A stretch of DNA of 20,000 nucleotides from an uncultured virus (IMG/VR IMGVR_UViG_3300025759_000075) (lineage: Duplodnaviria > Heunggongvirae > Uroviricota > Caudoviricetes): IMG/VR virus record IMGVR_UViG_3300025759_000075, positions 55,940-75,939 of that record; one strand, given 5' to 3'. The position numbers and the translations under genes were made by a program. Shown piece by piece: positions 8,723 through 15,724 of this stretch (within the stretch, counting starts at the first letter, position 1; the number at the start of each line of letters is the position of its first letter). Under the pieces are notes generated by a model. The model was not told the DNA's origin, did no database searches, and was given only the letters and a program-made list of their open reading frames with translations.

Positions 8723-10515
8723 TGGCTGTCATTCCTCCCAGAGACTTGAACGCGGCAGCTTCGGTTTCCGATACTGATGTTCTAATCGTCGACAAAGGGT
8801 CTTCGGTTGAAAAGGCCCTGCCGTCACAGATCGTGGATGCGGCTATTCCCTTGGCCTCACAGGTCGAAGCTGAGGCTGGAACTGACAACGCCAAACGCGT
8901 CACGCCGCTACGGGTCAAGCAGGCGATCGATGCCATTGGTGTTTCTGCGGATTCTCTGGCTGCTGGATTGGCAACCCGCGTTTCGACCTCTGCACTGGCC
9001 GATCCTGAAGGTGCTGCGCTAGCGGGCTTTAAACAGCTCGGTGTCGGTGCGGCGAACAGAAACGTACTGGAGAAACTGCGAGACACCATAAGCGCCAAGG
9101 ATTTCGGCGCAGCGGGTGACGGCGTGACGAATGATACACCTGCGCTTCAGGCTGCGATTGACAGCTTCGGCGCTGGTGGCGGTACGGTTATCGTTCCGTA
9201 CGGGATGCGCTGCCTGGTCGACGCCAGCCTGACCGTGAAGTCCAACGTCTCACTGGTTGGACCGCACGAATATATCGGGTCGCCCAACAATAATACGGAC
9301 GCGCCCTACGGCAGTGTCGGCGGGGCTCTGATCGTCAATTCCAGCGCGACAATCACCCTGAAGGGCGGCGCGTCTTTGAAGGGCCTGCTAATCTACCGCA
9401 AGGGCATGACGTTCCCTGCGGCGAACTCGTCTGCCTTCGCTGGCACGGCGGTAACGATTGGCGGCGATGATGCCGCCGCTTCCTGCTCCATGATCCTTGG
9501 GTTCGAAAAGGCCGTCCTTAGCGATGGATACCAGCGCCCCCGCTTCTACAATTTGTGGCTGGATAACGTCAACGGCATTTCGATAACCGATGCCTATGAC
9601 ATCCCGCGCATCGAAAATGTGCATTGCTGGCCTTTCGCCACGATTGAGCAATATGCCATTGACCTCTTGCCCTCGCAACTACAGCGCAGCGGCACGGCGT
9701 TCCTGCTTGAAGGGGTGTCGGATTGGGTCAAGCTGAATAACTGCTTCGCCTATGGCTATTCGCGCGGGTTCGATCTTAACAACGTCAACACGCCCACGCT
9801 GGTTAGCTGCACCGTGGACGGCACGGCCCCACCTAATGTGCTGGCAGGTTCGCGCGGTTTCTCGATTCGTGGCACGTCCTATGACGCAAAGCTTATCGGG
9901 TGCCAGGCTGCGAGTCAGGAAATCGGGTTCTATCTCGACACGGACGCGAATATCCAGAACCAGCTCATCGATTGCATCGCTTGGAACGGCACCAGCCACG
10001 GCTTCTTTATCGGGTCGGGCGATTGGGTGTTTATGGGTGGCGCTACGCGACAAGTCTCGAACGGTATTCTTTACAACAATGCCGCATCGCGGGTGACGTT
10101 GCGCGGGTTTCAGTTCGGGGCCTCGCTTACCAACCCGATTAACCTCAACGTCACGCCGACTACCGGCTTCGTGGACTTCGACGGGGTGCAGGCCCCATCG
10201 GTTGCGGCGGGCGGTACGTTGGTTGCGGGCACCTCTGCCACAATCTCGGTGGCATCCGCGCAGCCATTGCTTGTCCCCGCGACGGGGCGGGCTTTCAACA
10301 TTACCGGAAGCACCAACTTTAGCAACCTGCAAAGCGGGTGGGCGGGGCGTGAAGTTACGCTGATTTTTACTGGCGCGCTGACCGTTGTGAGCGGTACGGG
10401 CGCACCCGACGCCATTCGCCTGAAGGGAAATTCCAACTTTACCACCACGGCGGGCTCTACTTTGACCTTGTGGCATAACGGTACGCAATGGTATGAAAAA
10501 TCAAGCGCGGCATGA
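8722..10515 (+). CDS. Tailspike / depolymerase with pectate-lyase-3-like right-handed beta-helix, 597 aa
   Basis: EKLRDTISAKDFGAAGDGVTNDTPALQAAID motif, followed by beta-helix-like repeats and a C-terminal beta domain. Confidence 0.85.
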   Translation: MAVIPPRDLNAAASVSDTDVLIVDKGSSVEKALPSQIVDAAIPLASQVEAEAGTDNAKRVTPLRVKQAIDAIGVSADSLAAGLATRVSTSALADPEGAALAGFKQLGVGAANRNVLEKLRDTISAKDFGAAGDGVTNDTPALQAAIDSFGAGGGTVIVPYGMRCLVDASLTVKSNVSLVGPHEYIGSPNNNTDAPYGSVGGALIVNSSATITLKGGASLKGLLIYRKGMTFPAANSSAFAGTAVTIGGDDAAASCSMILGFEKAVLSDGYQRPRFYNLWLDNVNGISITDAYDIPRIENVHCWPFATIEQYAIDLLPSQLQRSGTAFLLEGVSDWVKLNNCFAYGYSRGFDLNNVNTPTLVSCTVDGTAPPNVLAGSRGFSIRGTSYDAKLIGCQAASQEIGFYLDTDANIQNQLIDCIAWNGTSHGFFIGSGDWVFMGGATRQVSNGILYNNAASRVTLRGFQFGASLTNPINLNVTPTTGFVDFDGVQAPSVAAGGTLVAGTSATISVASAQPLLVPATGRAFNITGSTNFSNLQSGWAGREVTLIFTGALTVVSGTGAPDAIRLKGNSNFTTTAGSTLTLWHNGTQWYEKSSAA

Positions 10516-10547
10516 TCGCCGGCTCGTATCGAAGGAAAATGACATGA
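10512..10547 (+). CDS. Possible 11-aa coupling micro-ORF (MIAGSYRRKMT)
   Basis: ATGA overlaps with both the tailspike stop and the next start. Confidence 0.25.
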   Translation: MIAGSYRRKMT

Positions 10548-10648
10548 AACACTACGCCGTATCGTCCATGTTCTACGCAACCCGCAAACCCAAGCCCCTG
10601 CCGCCTGTGCTTCAGCCGAAGCCGTTTGTCGACGACGCGCGGGGATGA
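10544..10648 (+). CDS. 34-aa Pro/Lys-rich microprotein
   Basis: GAAGGA SD; sequence MKHYAVSSMFYATRKPKPLPPVLQPKPFVDDARG; ATGA overlap with the next ORF. Confidence 0.45.
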   Translation: MKHYAVSSMFYATRKPKPLPPVLQPKPFVDDARG

Positions 10649-10737
10649 AAACTATTCTCGCCGTGATCGGTCTGCTATGGATCGTGAGTAGCCTGGAGCG
10701 TCACCGGCGCTTCTGGGCGACGGCGAGGCTCTGGTGA
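10645..10737 (+). CDS. 30-aa hydrophobic microprotein
   Basis: Sequence MKTILAVIGLLWIVSSLERHRRFWATARLW; coupled by ATGA upstream and TGATG downstream. Confidence 0.5.
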   Translation: MKTILAVIGLLWIVSSLERHRRFWATARLW

Positions 10738-11087
10738 TGCCGGATTCAGGAAACGCAGAACAAATCAGAATGGTTGCCGAGCAAGTGGCGGACACAGCCA
10801 TATCTCGGTTCGCGTCGCAACATCCCGAGATAAGAAGGGGCACCGTGGTTTCTGAAATACCCGCACCACTAAAGTGGGCGGCTGCTGTGGTCGCAGCCCT
10901 ATTCACCGCGGGGACTGCAACCCTCGCATTCTGGTTGTTCAATTCGGTTTCGCTGATGAGCGTCACCTTGGCGCGCATGGACGAGCGCATGGCCAATTAC
11001 GCCACCGCCCAGGAGGCTCGGATCGACCAGCTTGAAGGTCGGGTCGAAGGGCTGGAATTATATCACCGACAGGGACCTGTGAGATGA
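10737..11087 (+). CDS. Single-TM plus coiled-coil membrane protein of the lysis region (holin/antiholin-like)
   Basis: TM segment WAAAVVAALFTAGTATLAFWLF followed by a heptad-like tail, immediately upstream of the holin and endolysin. Confidence 0.6.
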   Translation: MPDSGNAEQIRMVAEQVADTAISRFASQHPEIRRGTVVSEIPAPLKWAAAVVAALFTAGTATLAFWLFNSVSLMSVTLARMDERMANYATAQEARIDQLEGRVEGLELYHRQGPVR

Positions 11088-11428
11088 AATGGACCGAATT
11101 TCTCCGCGGACACAACGGCGGACTGGAGATCAATCGGCTTGTTGGCTTCATCGGCGGTGTTGCCTACATCGCCAGCGCCATCACGTTCCAATGGTGGAAC
11201 TGGGCAACCTTCGACGTCACGGCCTTCTGCCTAGCCTTCTCTGGCGGCTTGTCGGTCATCGTGGGTGGCACGGCTGGCGCGGTGGCCCTGAAGGATCGGC
11301 AGGTAGCTTCTGCCGCTGTCATCGCCGAAACAGGCAGCAAACCTGCCAAGCCCCCTGCACCCGCTCCGAAGCCGCAAGAGGGGCTGGATGATGGGGCAGA
11401 AGACAAGCGGCCTCCGTATGCTCGGTGA
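11084..11428 (+). CDS. Putative holin (two TM segments, charged Pro-rich tail), 114 aa
   Basis: Two hydrophobic helices; directly precedes and overlaps the endolysin. Confidence 0.6.
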   Translation: MKWTEFLRGHNGGLEINRLVGFIGGVAYIASAITFQWWNWATFDVTAFCLAFSGGLSVIVGGTAGAVALKDRQVASAAVIAETGSKPAKPPAPAPKPQEGLDDGAEDKRPPYAR

Positions 11429-12203
11429 ACCGCAATGGGCCTTAATCTTTGGCGCGGCCCGCAAGCGCGGAGCAACGTGGGATGACCTCGCAGACGTAAA
11501 CGCCTTCAAGCGCGAGATCGAGGTGGCCTTGGATGACGGCACCATCATCGTCACGGGGAACAAGCCCCCCGAAGTCCTGCCATGGGCAGACATGCTTGCC
11601 AGCATCACGAACACGAACGCCCCAGCCCTCACGCAAGACGATTACGAGCGCGCCGCCGTCGAGTTGGGCAATGGTGTCACCCCCAAGCACATGCGTGCCA
11701 GCAAGACGGTTGAGGCGCCGCGTGGGGCATTCGATGACAATGGCCGGCCTTCGATCCTCTACGAGCGCCACGTATTCGCCCGCAACACCACGCCCAAGGG
11801 GCGGTTCAATTCATCCTACCCCGACCTGTCGGCCATCCGTGGCTATGGTGCAGGCGGCTATGGGCCGTTCTCGTCGCAATACACCAAATTGCAGCGCGCC
11901 TACGCGCTAGATCCGGAATCGGCTTTTGAGGCGTGTTCATGGGGCGCGTTTCAGGTGCTTGGTGAGAATGCGGTGCAACTAGGTTATGCGTCTGCCCGCG
12001 ATATGGCCTGCGAACTGGCCAAGAGCGAAGCGGCGCACCTCGATAGCTATGTGCGATTCATCAAGGTCAATGGACTGGCAGACGAACTAGGCAGATGCCG
12101 CGCTGGCGATCCTGAAAGCTGCATACCCTTTGTCGAGCGATACAACGGCAGCGGGTTTCGCAAATTCAGTTACCATGTCAAATTCGCGGAGGCTCTGCTA
12201 TGA
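11388..12203 (+). CDS. Endolysin, N-acetylmuramidase (DUF3380-type)
   Basis: Motifs VE(A)...F...GRPSILYERHVF, SWGAFQVLGEN and YNG. The start is uncertain (11388, 11391 or 11418). Confidence 0.88.
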   Translation: MMGQKTSGLRMLGEPQWALIFGAARKRGATWDDLADVNAFKREIEVALDDGTIIVTGNKPPEVLPWADMLASITNTNAPALTQDDYERAAVELGNGVTPKHMRASKTVEAPRGAFDDNGRPSILYERHVFARNTTPKGRFNSSYPDLSAIRGYGAGGYGPFSSQYTKLQRAYALDPESAFEACSWGAFQVLGENAVQLGYASARDMACELAKSEAAHLDSYVRFIKVNGLADELGRCRAGDPESCIPFVERYNGSGFRKFSYHVKFAEALL

Positions 12204-12289
12204 ACGATAGGCTATGCAAAGCAATGCCCACGATAGCCCTTGCGCTGACCTGCTTGGCGCTTGGCCTGTTTATAGGAGTTACGGCATGA
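12200..12289 (+). CDS. 29-aa single-TM microprotein in the lysis cassette
   Basis: GGAGG SD 7 nt upstream; sequence MNDRLCKAMPTIALALTCLALGLFIGVTA; ATGA overlaps at both ends. Confidence 0.6.
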   Translation: MNDRLCKAMPTIALALTCLALGLFIGVTA

Positions 12290-12545
12290 TTGCGGAAGTA
12301 GCTACCCTTTACGAAACCAACGCGCGTTCGATTCCTGACATGCTTCGCCAAGCGGCGGATAGCATCGAAGAGGAAGCCAGCGAAGATTGCTCACCGACCG
12401 TTGCCATGGTGGCTGTCCAAATATCAGAAAGCGGTCAGGTGCATGTTTATGGATGGGGCGACACTGATGACCTCCGCGCTATTGGCCTAATGGAGCGCGG
12501 AAAGCATAGCCTCTTGGCTTCTATCGAGGAACTTACGGCATGATT
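12279..12545 (+). repeat. 13-bp direct repeat TTACGGCATGATT at 12279-12291 and 12533-12545
   Basis: Exact copies span the start codons of two consecutive genes. Confidence 0.8.
12286..12543 (+). CDS. Hypothetical phage protein, 85 aa
   Basis: AGGAG SD before ATG 12286; ATGA coupling at both ends; acidic and apparently soluble. Confidence 0.7.
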   Translation: MIAEVATLYETNARSIPDMLRQAADSIEEEASEDCSPTVAMVAVQISESGQVHVYGWGDTDDLRAIGLMERGKHSLLASIEELTA

Positions 12546-12911
12546 ACCACATTCTTTGCCTCGACCATCAATAAGGTATTCGCAGGTGTCGTTCTCGCGC
12601 TTCTGGTGGCCCTTGGGATAGCCATGTGGTCGAACGCCCGCAAGGACGCCACAATTGAAACCCTGCGCAACGCAGTGGCCGTCTCGGAGGCACAGCATAG
12701 CGTAACCGCTGCATCACTGGACTCACTGACCCGCCGCATGAAGGAGCTTGTCGAACAAGGGCAGTTGCGGGAAAGCCTGCTAGCCGAAGCCATGAAGGAA
12801 GCGGAAGAAGAAACGTCCGAATTGCAGGACGAAGCCGACGCCCTACGCAAGGAAGGTGTTACCGACCAGTGTGTGACGCCCGCTGGGGTGCTTCGAAGCC
12901 GTGGCTTGTGA
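12540..12911 (+). CDS. Inner-membrane spanin (Rz-like), 123 aa
   Basis: N-terminal TM, long coiled coil and a C-terminal Cys (DQCVTP); lies downstream of the endolysin. Confidence 0.75.
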   Translation: MITTFFASTINKVFAGVVLALLVALGIAMWSNARKDATIETLRNAVAVSEAQHSVTAASLDSLTRRMKELVEQGQLRESLLAEAMKEAEEETSELQDEADALRKEGVTDQCVTPAGVLRSRGL

Positions 12912-13029
12912 TGCTGCGGCGGGTCAGGATTTGAACCTGAGACTGACCCGCCTTCGATCCACTAGGGCCATCGACGCAGCGCTCTATCCTACAGGGCTTG
13001 GCTCCCTTCTGAGCTACGCCGCCGCAGCA
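12912..13029 (-). ncRNA. tRNA-like structured element (remodelled or pseudo-tRNA), 118 nt
   Basis: Minus strand shows terminal stem TGCTGCGGCGG/CCGCCGCAGCA, TA-GCTC-AG...A-GAGC D arm, and perfect T arm TCAGG-TTCAAAT-CCTGA. The D loop and anticodon arm are enlarged, and there is no CCA. Confidence 0.65.
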
Positions 13030-13041
13030 AGGAGAAACTAG

Positions 13042-13311
13042 ATGAAACGCATCGCCATCGCAAGCCTGTTGTTGCTTTCCGCCTGCAATCACCCGCAGCC
13101 TGGAATTGAGATACGTGAAATCCCGGTTGTCGTACCATCCCCTTGCTTGGCCAAAGACGACATCCCACCCGAACCAGCCCAAGTAGGCGACCAGCTAACC
13201 GGCAATGCCGCGTCAGACCTGCTTATCGTGGCGGCGTCTGCGCTGGAATTGCGGGCGGCGGTTATCACGATGAGAAGCGCGCTTTTGGCTTGTGCGGAGG
13301 GTGAGGGTTAG
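13042..13311 (+). CDS. Outer-membrane lipoprotein spanin (Rz1-like), 89 aa
   Basis: AGGAGA SD; signal peptide with lipobox LSAC; Pro-rich mature region with further Cys residues. Confidence 0.8.
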   Translation: MKRIAIASLLLLSACNHPQPGIEIREIPVVVPSPCLAKDDIPPEPAQVGDQLTGNAASDLLIVAASALELRAAVITMRSALLACAEGEG

Positions 13312-13568
13312 CTGTTCCTGTAGGCGCTATATGCGTCCGCAACATCGGCAAGAGCGTTGGCGTGGAACCCTTCGTCAATGGCACTGTAATGTTCAGCGCG
13401 TTTGCGAAGGTCGGCCACGACAATAGCGATAGCGGCGTCTGCGTCAGGCAGCCAGCAATCAACCATCTCAGCCACGTCTGTTTCAGACAAGCTTGGGAAG
13501 TTCCGGCGGATCATCGCCTTCGCCACTTCATCCCTAAGCATACCACACTCCTTCCCCTGCGCCGTCAT
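13308..13568 (-). CDS. Hypothetical phage protein, 86 aa (last gene of the leftward operon)
   Basis: ATGA coupling to the upstream gene; its stop overlaps the convergent o-spanin stop. Confidence 0.7.
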   Translation of the reverse strand: MTAQGKECGMLRDEVAKAMIRRNFPSLSETDVAEMVDCWLPDADAAIAIVVADLRKRAEHYSAIDEGFHANALADVADAYSAYRNS

Positions 13569-13885
13569 CCGGCATTCTCGGTTAGTATGCCAGAGGGTTT
13601 GGGCGCATGAACCGCGCTTTCGTCCTTCGGATCGAGCCCTTCGGTCTCGCCGGTTCCCGCTTCAATCGCTTGCGCGAGTATCCGGCTCAGCTCGGGGTCT
13701 GGCTTAGGCGGGTGGCACCATTCGCAAGGGCGGATGCATAAACAAGAACCCTCGCCTTCATCGTAGGTGTCGCATTGCCAATCCCACGAGCATCCGTAGA
13801 TAAAGCCTTCGCCGTGGCAATTCGCGCAATCGCTTTCATCAAAATCCCAGTAGGGGTCATCCCCCCGCTCAATACCAATCGGCAT
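13565..13885 (-). CDS. Cys-rich acidic protein (CxxCxGxG zinc-finger-like), 106 aa
   Basis: GGAG SD before ATG 13885; motifs CANCHGEG and CLCIRPCEWC. The C-terminal tail is encoded by structured element A. Confidence 0.65.
   Translation of the reverse strand: MPIGIERGDDPYWDFDESDCANCHGEGFIYGCSWDWQCDTYDEGEGSCLCIRPCEWCHPPKPDPELSRILAQAIEAGTGETEGLDPKDESAVHAPKPSGILTENAG
13603..13675 (-). repeat. Structured element copy A (73 nt, multi-hairpin, GAA triloops)
   Basis: Minus strand reads GCGCA A GCG ATTGAAG CGG-GAA-CCG G CGAG AC C-GAA-G GG CTCG A TCC-GAA-GGA CGAAAG CGC GGTTCA TGCGC. It is homologous to 14095-14166. Confidence 0.8.
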
Positions 13886-14183
13886 CGGTCTGCTCCATAA
13901 AACCAAGGGGGTAATTTTCTGGCAAGGGCATCCAAATGGCACCGCGCAGAAAATCATCGCCCAGAGGAAAGGCGTCTTCGCCATCAAGCGGACCATCGTC
14001 GCTCATCATCGCAAGGGATGACGAGCAGCCATCATCGCAGACTATGACAACCTTTTGCCCTGGTTGCGGCGGGTCGATTTCCCAAGACGCCCACGCGTCA
14101 GGGATTGAAGCCTTTGGTGGAGACGGCACGGCTCCATCGCGAAGCGACGAAAGCCCGCCCGGACGCACATCATCCTTATCCAT
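13869..14183 (-). CDS. Hypothetical protein, DUF551-like, 104 aa
   Basis: W...PP.PGQKVVIV...WMPLPE pattern; TGATG coupling. The N-terminal extension is the antisense reading of element B. Confidence 0.6.
   Translation of the reverse strand: MDKDDVRPGGLSSLRDGAVPSPPKASIPDAWASWEIDPPQPGQKVVIVCDDGCSSSLAMMSDDGPLDGEDAFPLGDDFLRGAIWMPLPENYPLGFMEQTDADWY
14095..14166 (+). repeat. Structured element copy B (72 nt), inverted relative to copy A
   Basis: Plus strand reads GCGTC A GGG ATTGAAG CC-TTT-GG T GGAG AC G-GCA-C GG CTCC A TCGC-GAA-GCGA CGAAAG CCC GCCCG GACGC. Confidence 0.8.
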
Positions 14184-14335
14184 CACACCCTCCCTCCGTT
14201 AAGCGCATCCAGAGCGGCTTTAAGCAAAGACCTGCGGGGTGTTTCCATGGGCAATATCCGCCCGGTGTAGCGATGACCTCCGCCGAATGCGTGGGGATCG
14301 CGATTAGTGCGGGTAAGGCGTTCTATGCGGCTCAC
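14183..14335 (-). CDS. 50-aa basic microprotein, FGGG..Y..RILPME family copy 1
   Basis: GTGA coupling; paralogous to 15724-15864. Confidence 0.65.
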   Translation of the reverse strand: MSRIERLTRTNRDPHAFGGGHRYTGRILPMETPRRSLLKAALDALNGGRV

Positions 14336-14637
14336 TTTGCGGCTCCTTTCAGGGATCGGATGGCTTGGGCAACATCGTTGCAAGCCTCATTGTAGATGTC
14401 GGGCCGCATGTCTCCAGCAGACGCAGAGGCATCAACGTAGTGCTGCGCATAGCGTTCGCCTTCAGCAGACTCCGCCGCCCGCTCGTATGCCTCTCGCACC
14501 TGTTCCTCCAACCGAGTGTTACGGGCTTCGAGTGCGGCGATGTGGTCGCGGGCAGCAAGGAACGTGCACTCAGGGCGACCGCACTTGCAATCGAGCAAGA
14601 CAAGCATGTCCTGCGTCTGCTGTGCTAGATCACTCAC
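14332..14637 (-). CDS. Hypothetical coiled-coil protein, 101 aa
   Basis: GTG start overlaps the upstream stop; contains AARDHIAALEARN...IRSLK. Confidence 0.65.
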   Translation of the reverse strand: MSDLAQQTQDMLVLLDCKCGRPECTFLAARDHIAALEARNTRLEEQVREAYERAAESAEGERYAQHYVDASASAGDMRPDIYNEACNDVAQAIRSLKGAAK

Positions 14638-15239
14638 TGGCCTGATCCTTCGTTGAGTAGGTTGTCGATGCGAGTGATAGCCTCCCATGCGATTGCATCG
14701 TTCATTTCATGCCCACCGCCGGGGTCGCCTTCGCAAACCGCACAGCCACGACAATTGTTGCTTATGCGCTCCAGATACTCCCTCACTGTCATGAACCCTT
14801 CCCGCTCTCGCGTGGGGGCGGATAGGGCGGCGCAAGAGGGGCATGGCAGACCTAAATCAGACGGCAGCATGGTGCGGTGGCCAACGGGTGGATCGACTGC
14901 ATAAACTCGAGCGGCTTCACGCGCCGCTGCCACCTTGTCGGCTTCGGTTTCGCAGGCGTCCTTATCCCAAGCCAGTTTTGCCAAAAGGCCCGTTGCCGCC
15001 TCGACGTTTGCCACCCAGTCGGCAAACTCATCCCGATAGCGGTCGTCGTCCCATTCATACGGCCCGCGCCCTTCCAGCAGCCAGCGATGCCCGTTGAGCG
15101 CGCGTTTAATGTGGCCAAGTGCGATTGCCACAATGTAGCGATCACGGTCGAGCAGATGGCGCATGTCTTCCAACCCCGCCGCGCTCGGCTCGGTCTTGGC
15201 GGATTTCAGCATTTCTCCTGCTTTGTTACCATCGGTCAT
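14634..15239 (-). CDS. Hypothetical phage protein, 201 aa, with CxxC motifs
   Basis: GAGG SD and ATGA coupling; contains WLLEGRGPYEWDDDRYRDEF, CPSC and CRGCAVC. Confidence 0.7.
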   Translation of the reverse strand: MTDGNKAGEMLKSAKTEPSAAGLEDMRHLLDRDRYIVAIALGHIKRALNGHRWLLEGRGPYEWDDDRYRDEFADWVANVEAATGLLAKLAWDKDACETEADKVAAAREAARVYAVDPPVGHRTMLPSDLGLPCPSCAALSAPTREREGFMTVREYLERISNNCRGCAVCEGDPGGGHEMNDAIAWEAITRIDNLLNEGSGQ

Positions 15240-15724
15240 GTGTTATTTCCTCGTCTGGCGAGACTAACGGCACGGTGACGCAAATTCTTGCATGCCTTGC
15301 ATCTCTTATATCCCGTCTTTTTGTTTATATATGTATTCTCTGGCGTGTACTCGTGGCCCCGTCCACAATGGGTCATCCCCTGAGTGGCCATCTTCCTAGA
15401 AATGCCACTGTTGCCCCTCTGAATGTTCACAATGTGGGTAACGGGCTCAAGGTGTTCTGGATTGCAACACGCCCGATTGCGGCACAAGTGGTCAACTACT
15501 AAGTCTGTAGGAACCCGCCCCTTAGTAAGATGGTAGGCAAATCGGTGAGACGATACCCGACCGAGCGGCTTGAAGTTGAATGACCCATAGCACTTAGGAT
15601 TTAGATAGCCTTTCCACATCCAGCATTGGTCGCGCGTTCCGCGGTCTATTTTTGACCAAAACCTATCCTTCACTTTTTGCGAGATCGCTTCTGGGTCTGG
15701 GATGGGTTTGATTTTAATAGGCAT
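15236..15724 (-). CDS. HNH (His-Me finger) endonuclease, 162 aa
   Basis: CWMWKG...HRFAY...VVDHLCRNRACCNPEHLEPVT...N, plus a C-terminal THCGRGH...RCKAC zinc motif. The DNA is visibly more AT-rich than its neighbours. Confidence 0.92.
   Translation of the reverse strand: MPIKIKPIPDPEAISQKVKDRFWSKIDRGTRDQCWMWKGYLNPKCYGSFNFKPLGRVSSHRFAYHLTKGRVPTDLVVDHLCRNRACCNPEHLEPVTHIVNIQRGNSGISRKMATQGMTHCGRGHEYTPENTYINKKTGYKRCKACKNLRHRAVSLARRGNNT

Noticed and set aside
7937..10515. Diversity-generating retroelement or invertible tail-fibre cassette
   Set aside because: No reverse transcriptase, invertase or TR/VR-like repeat pair was seen in the window.
12912..13029. Functional canonical tRNA gene or attachment site
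   Set aside because: The D loop is oversized, there is no 7-nt anticodon loop or CCA, and no second copy or integrase is in the window.
13603..14166. Hammerhead or other known self-cleaving ribozyme, or c-di-GMP riboswitch, suggested by the CGAAAG motif
   Set aside because: There is no CUGANGA core or other required consensus, the loops are triloops, and one copy is antisense to the transcript.
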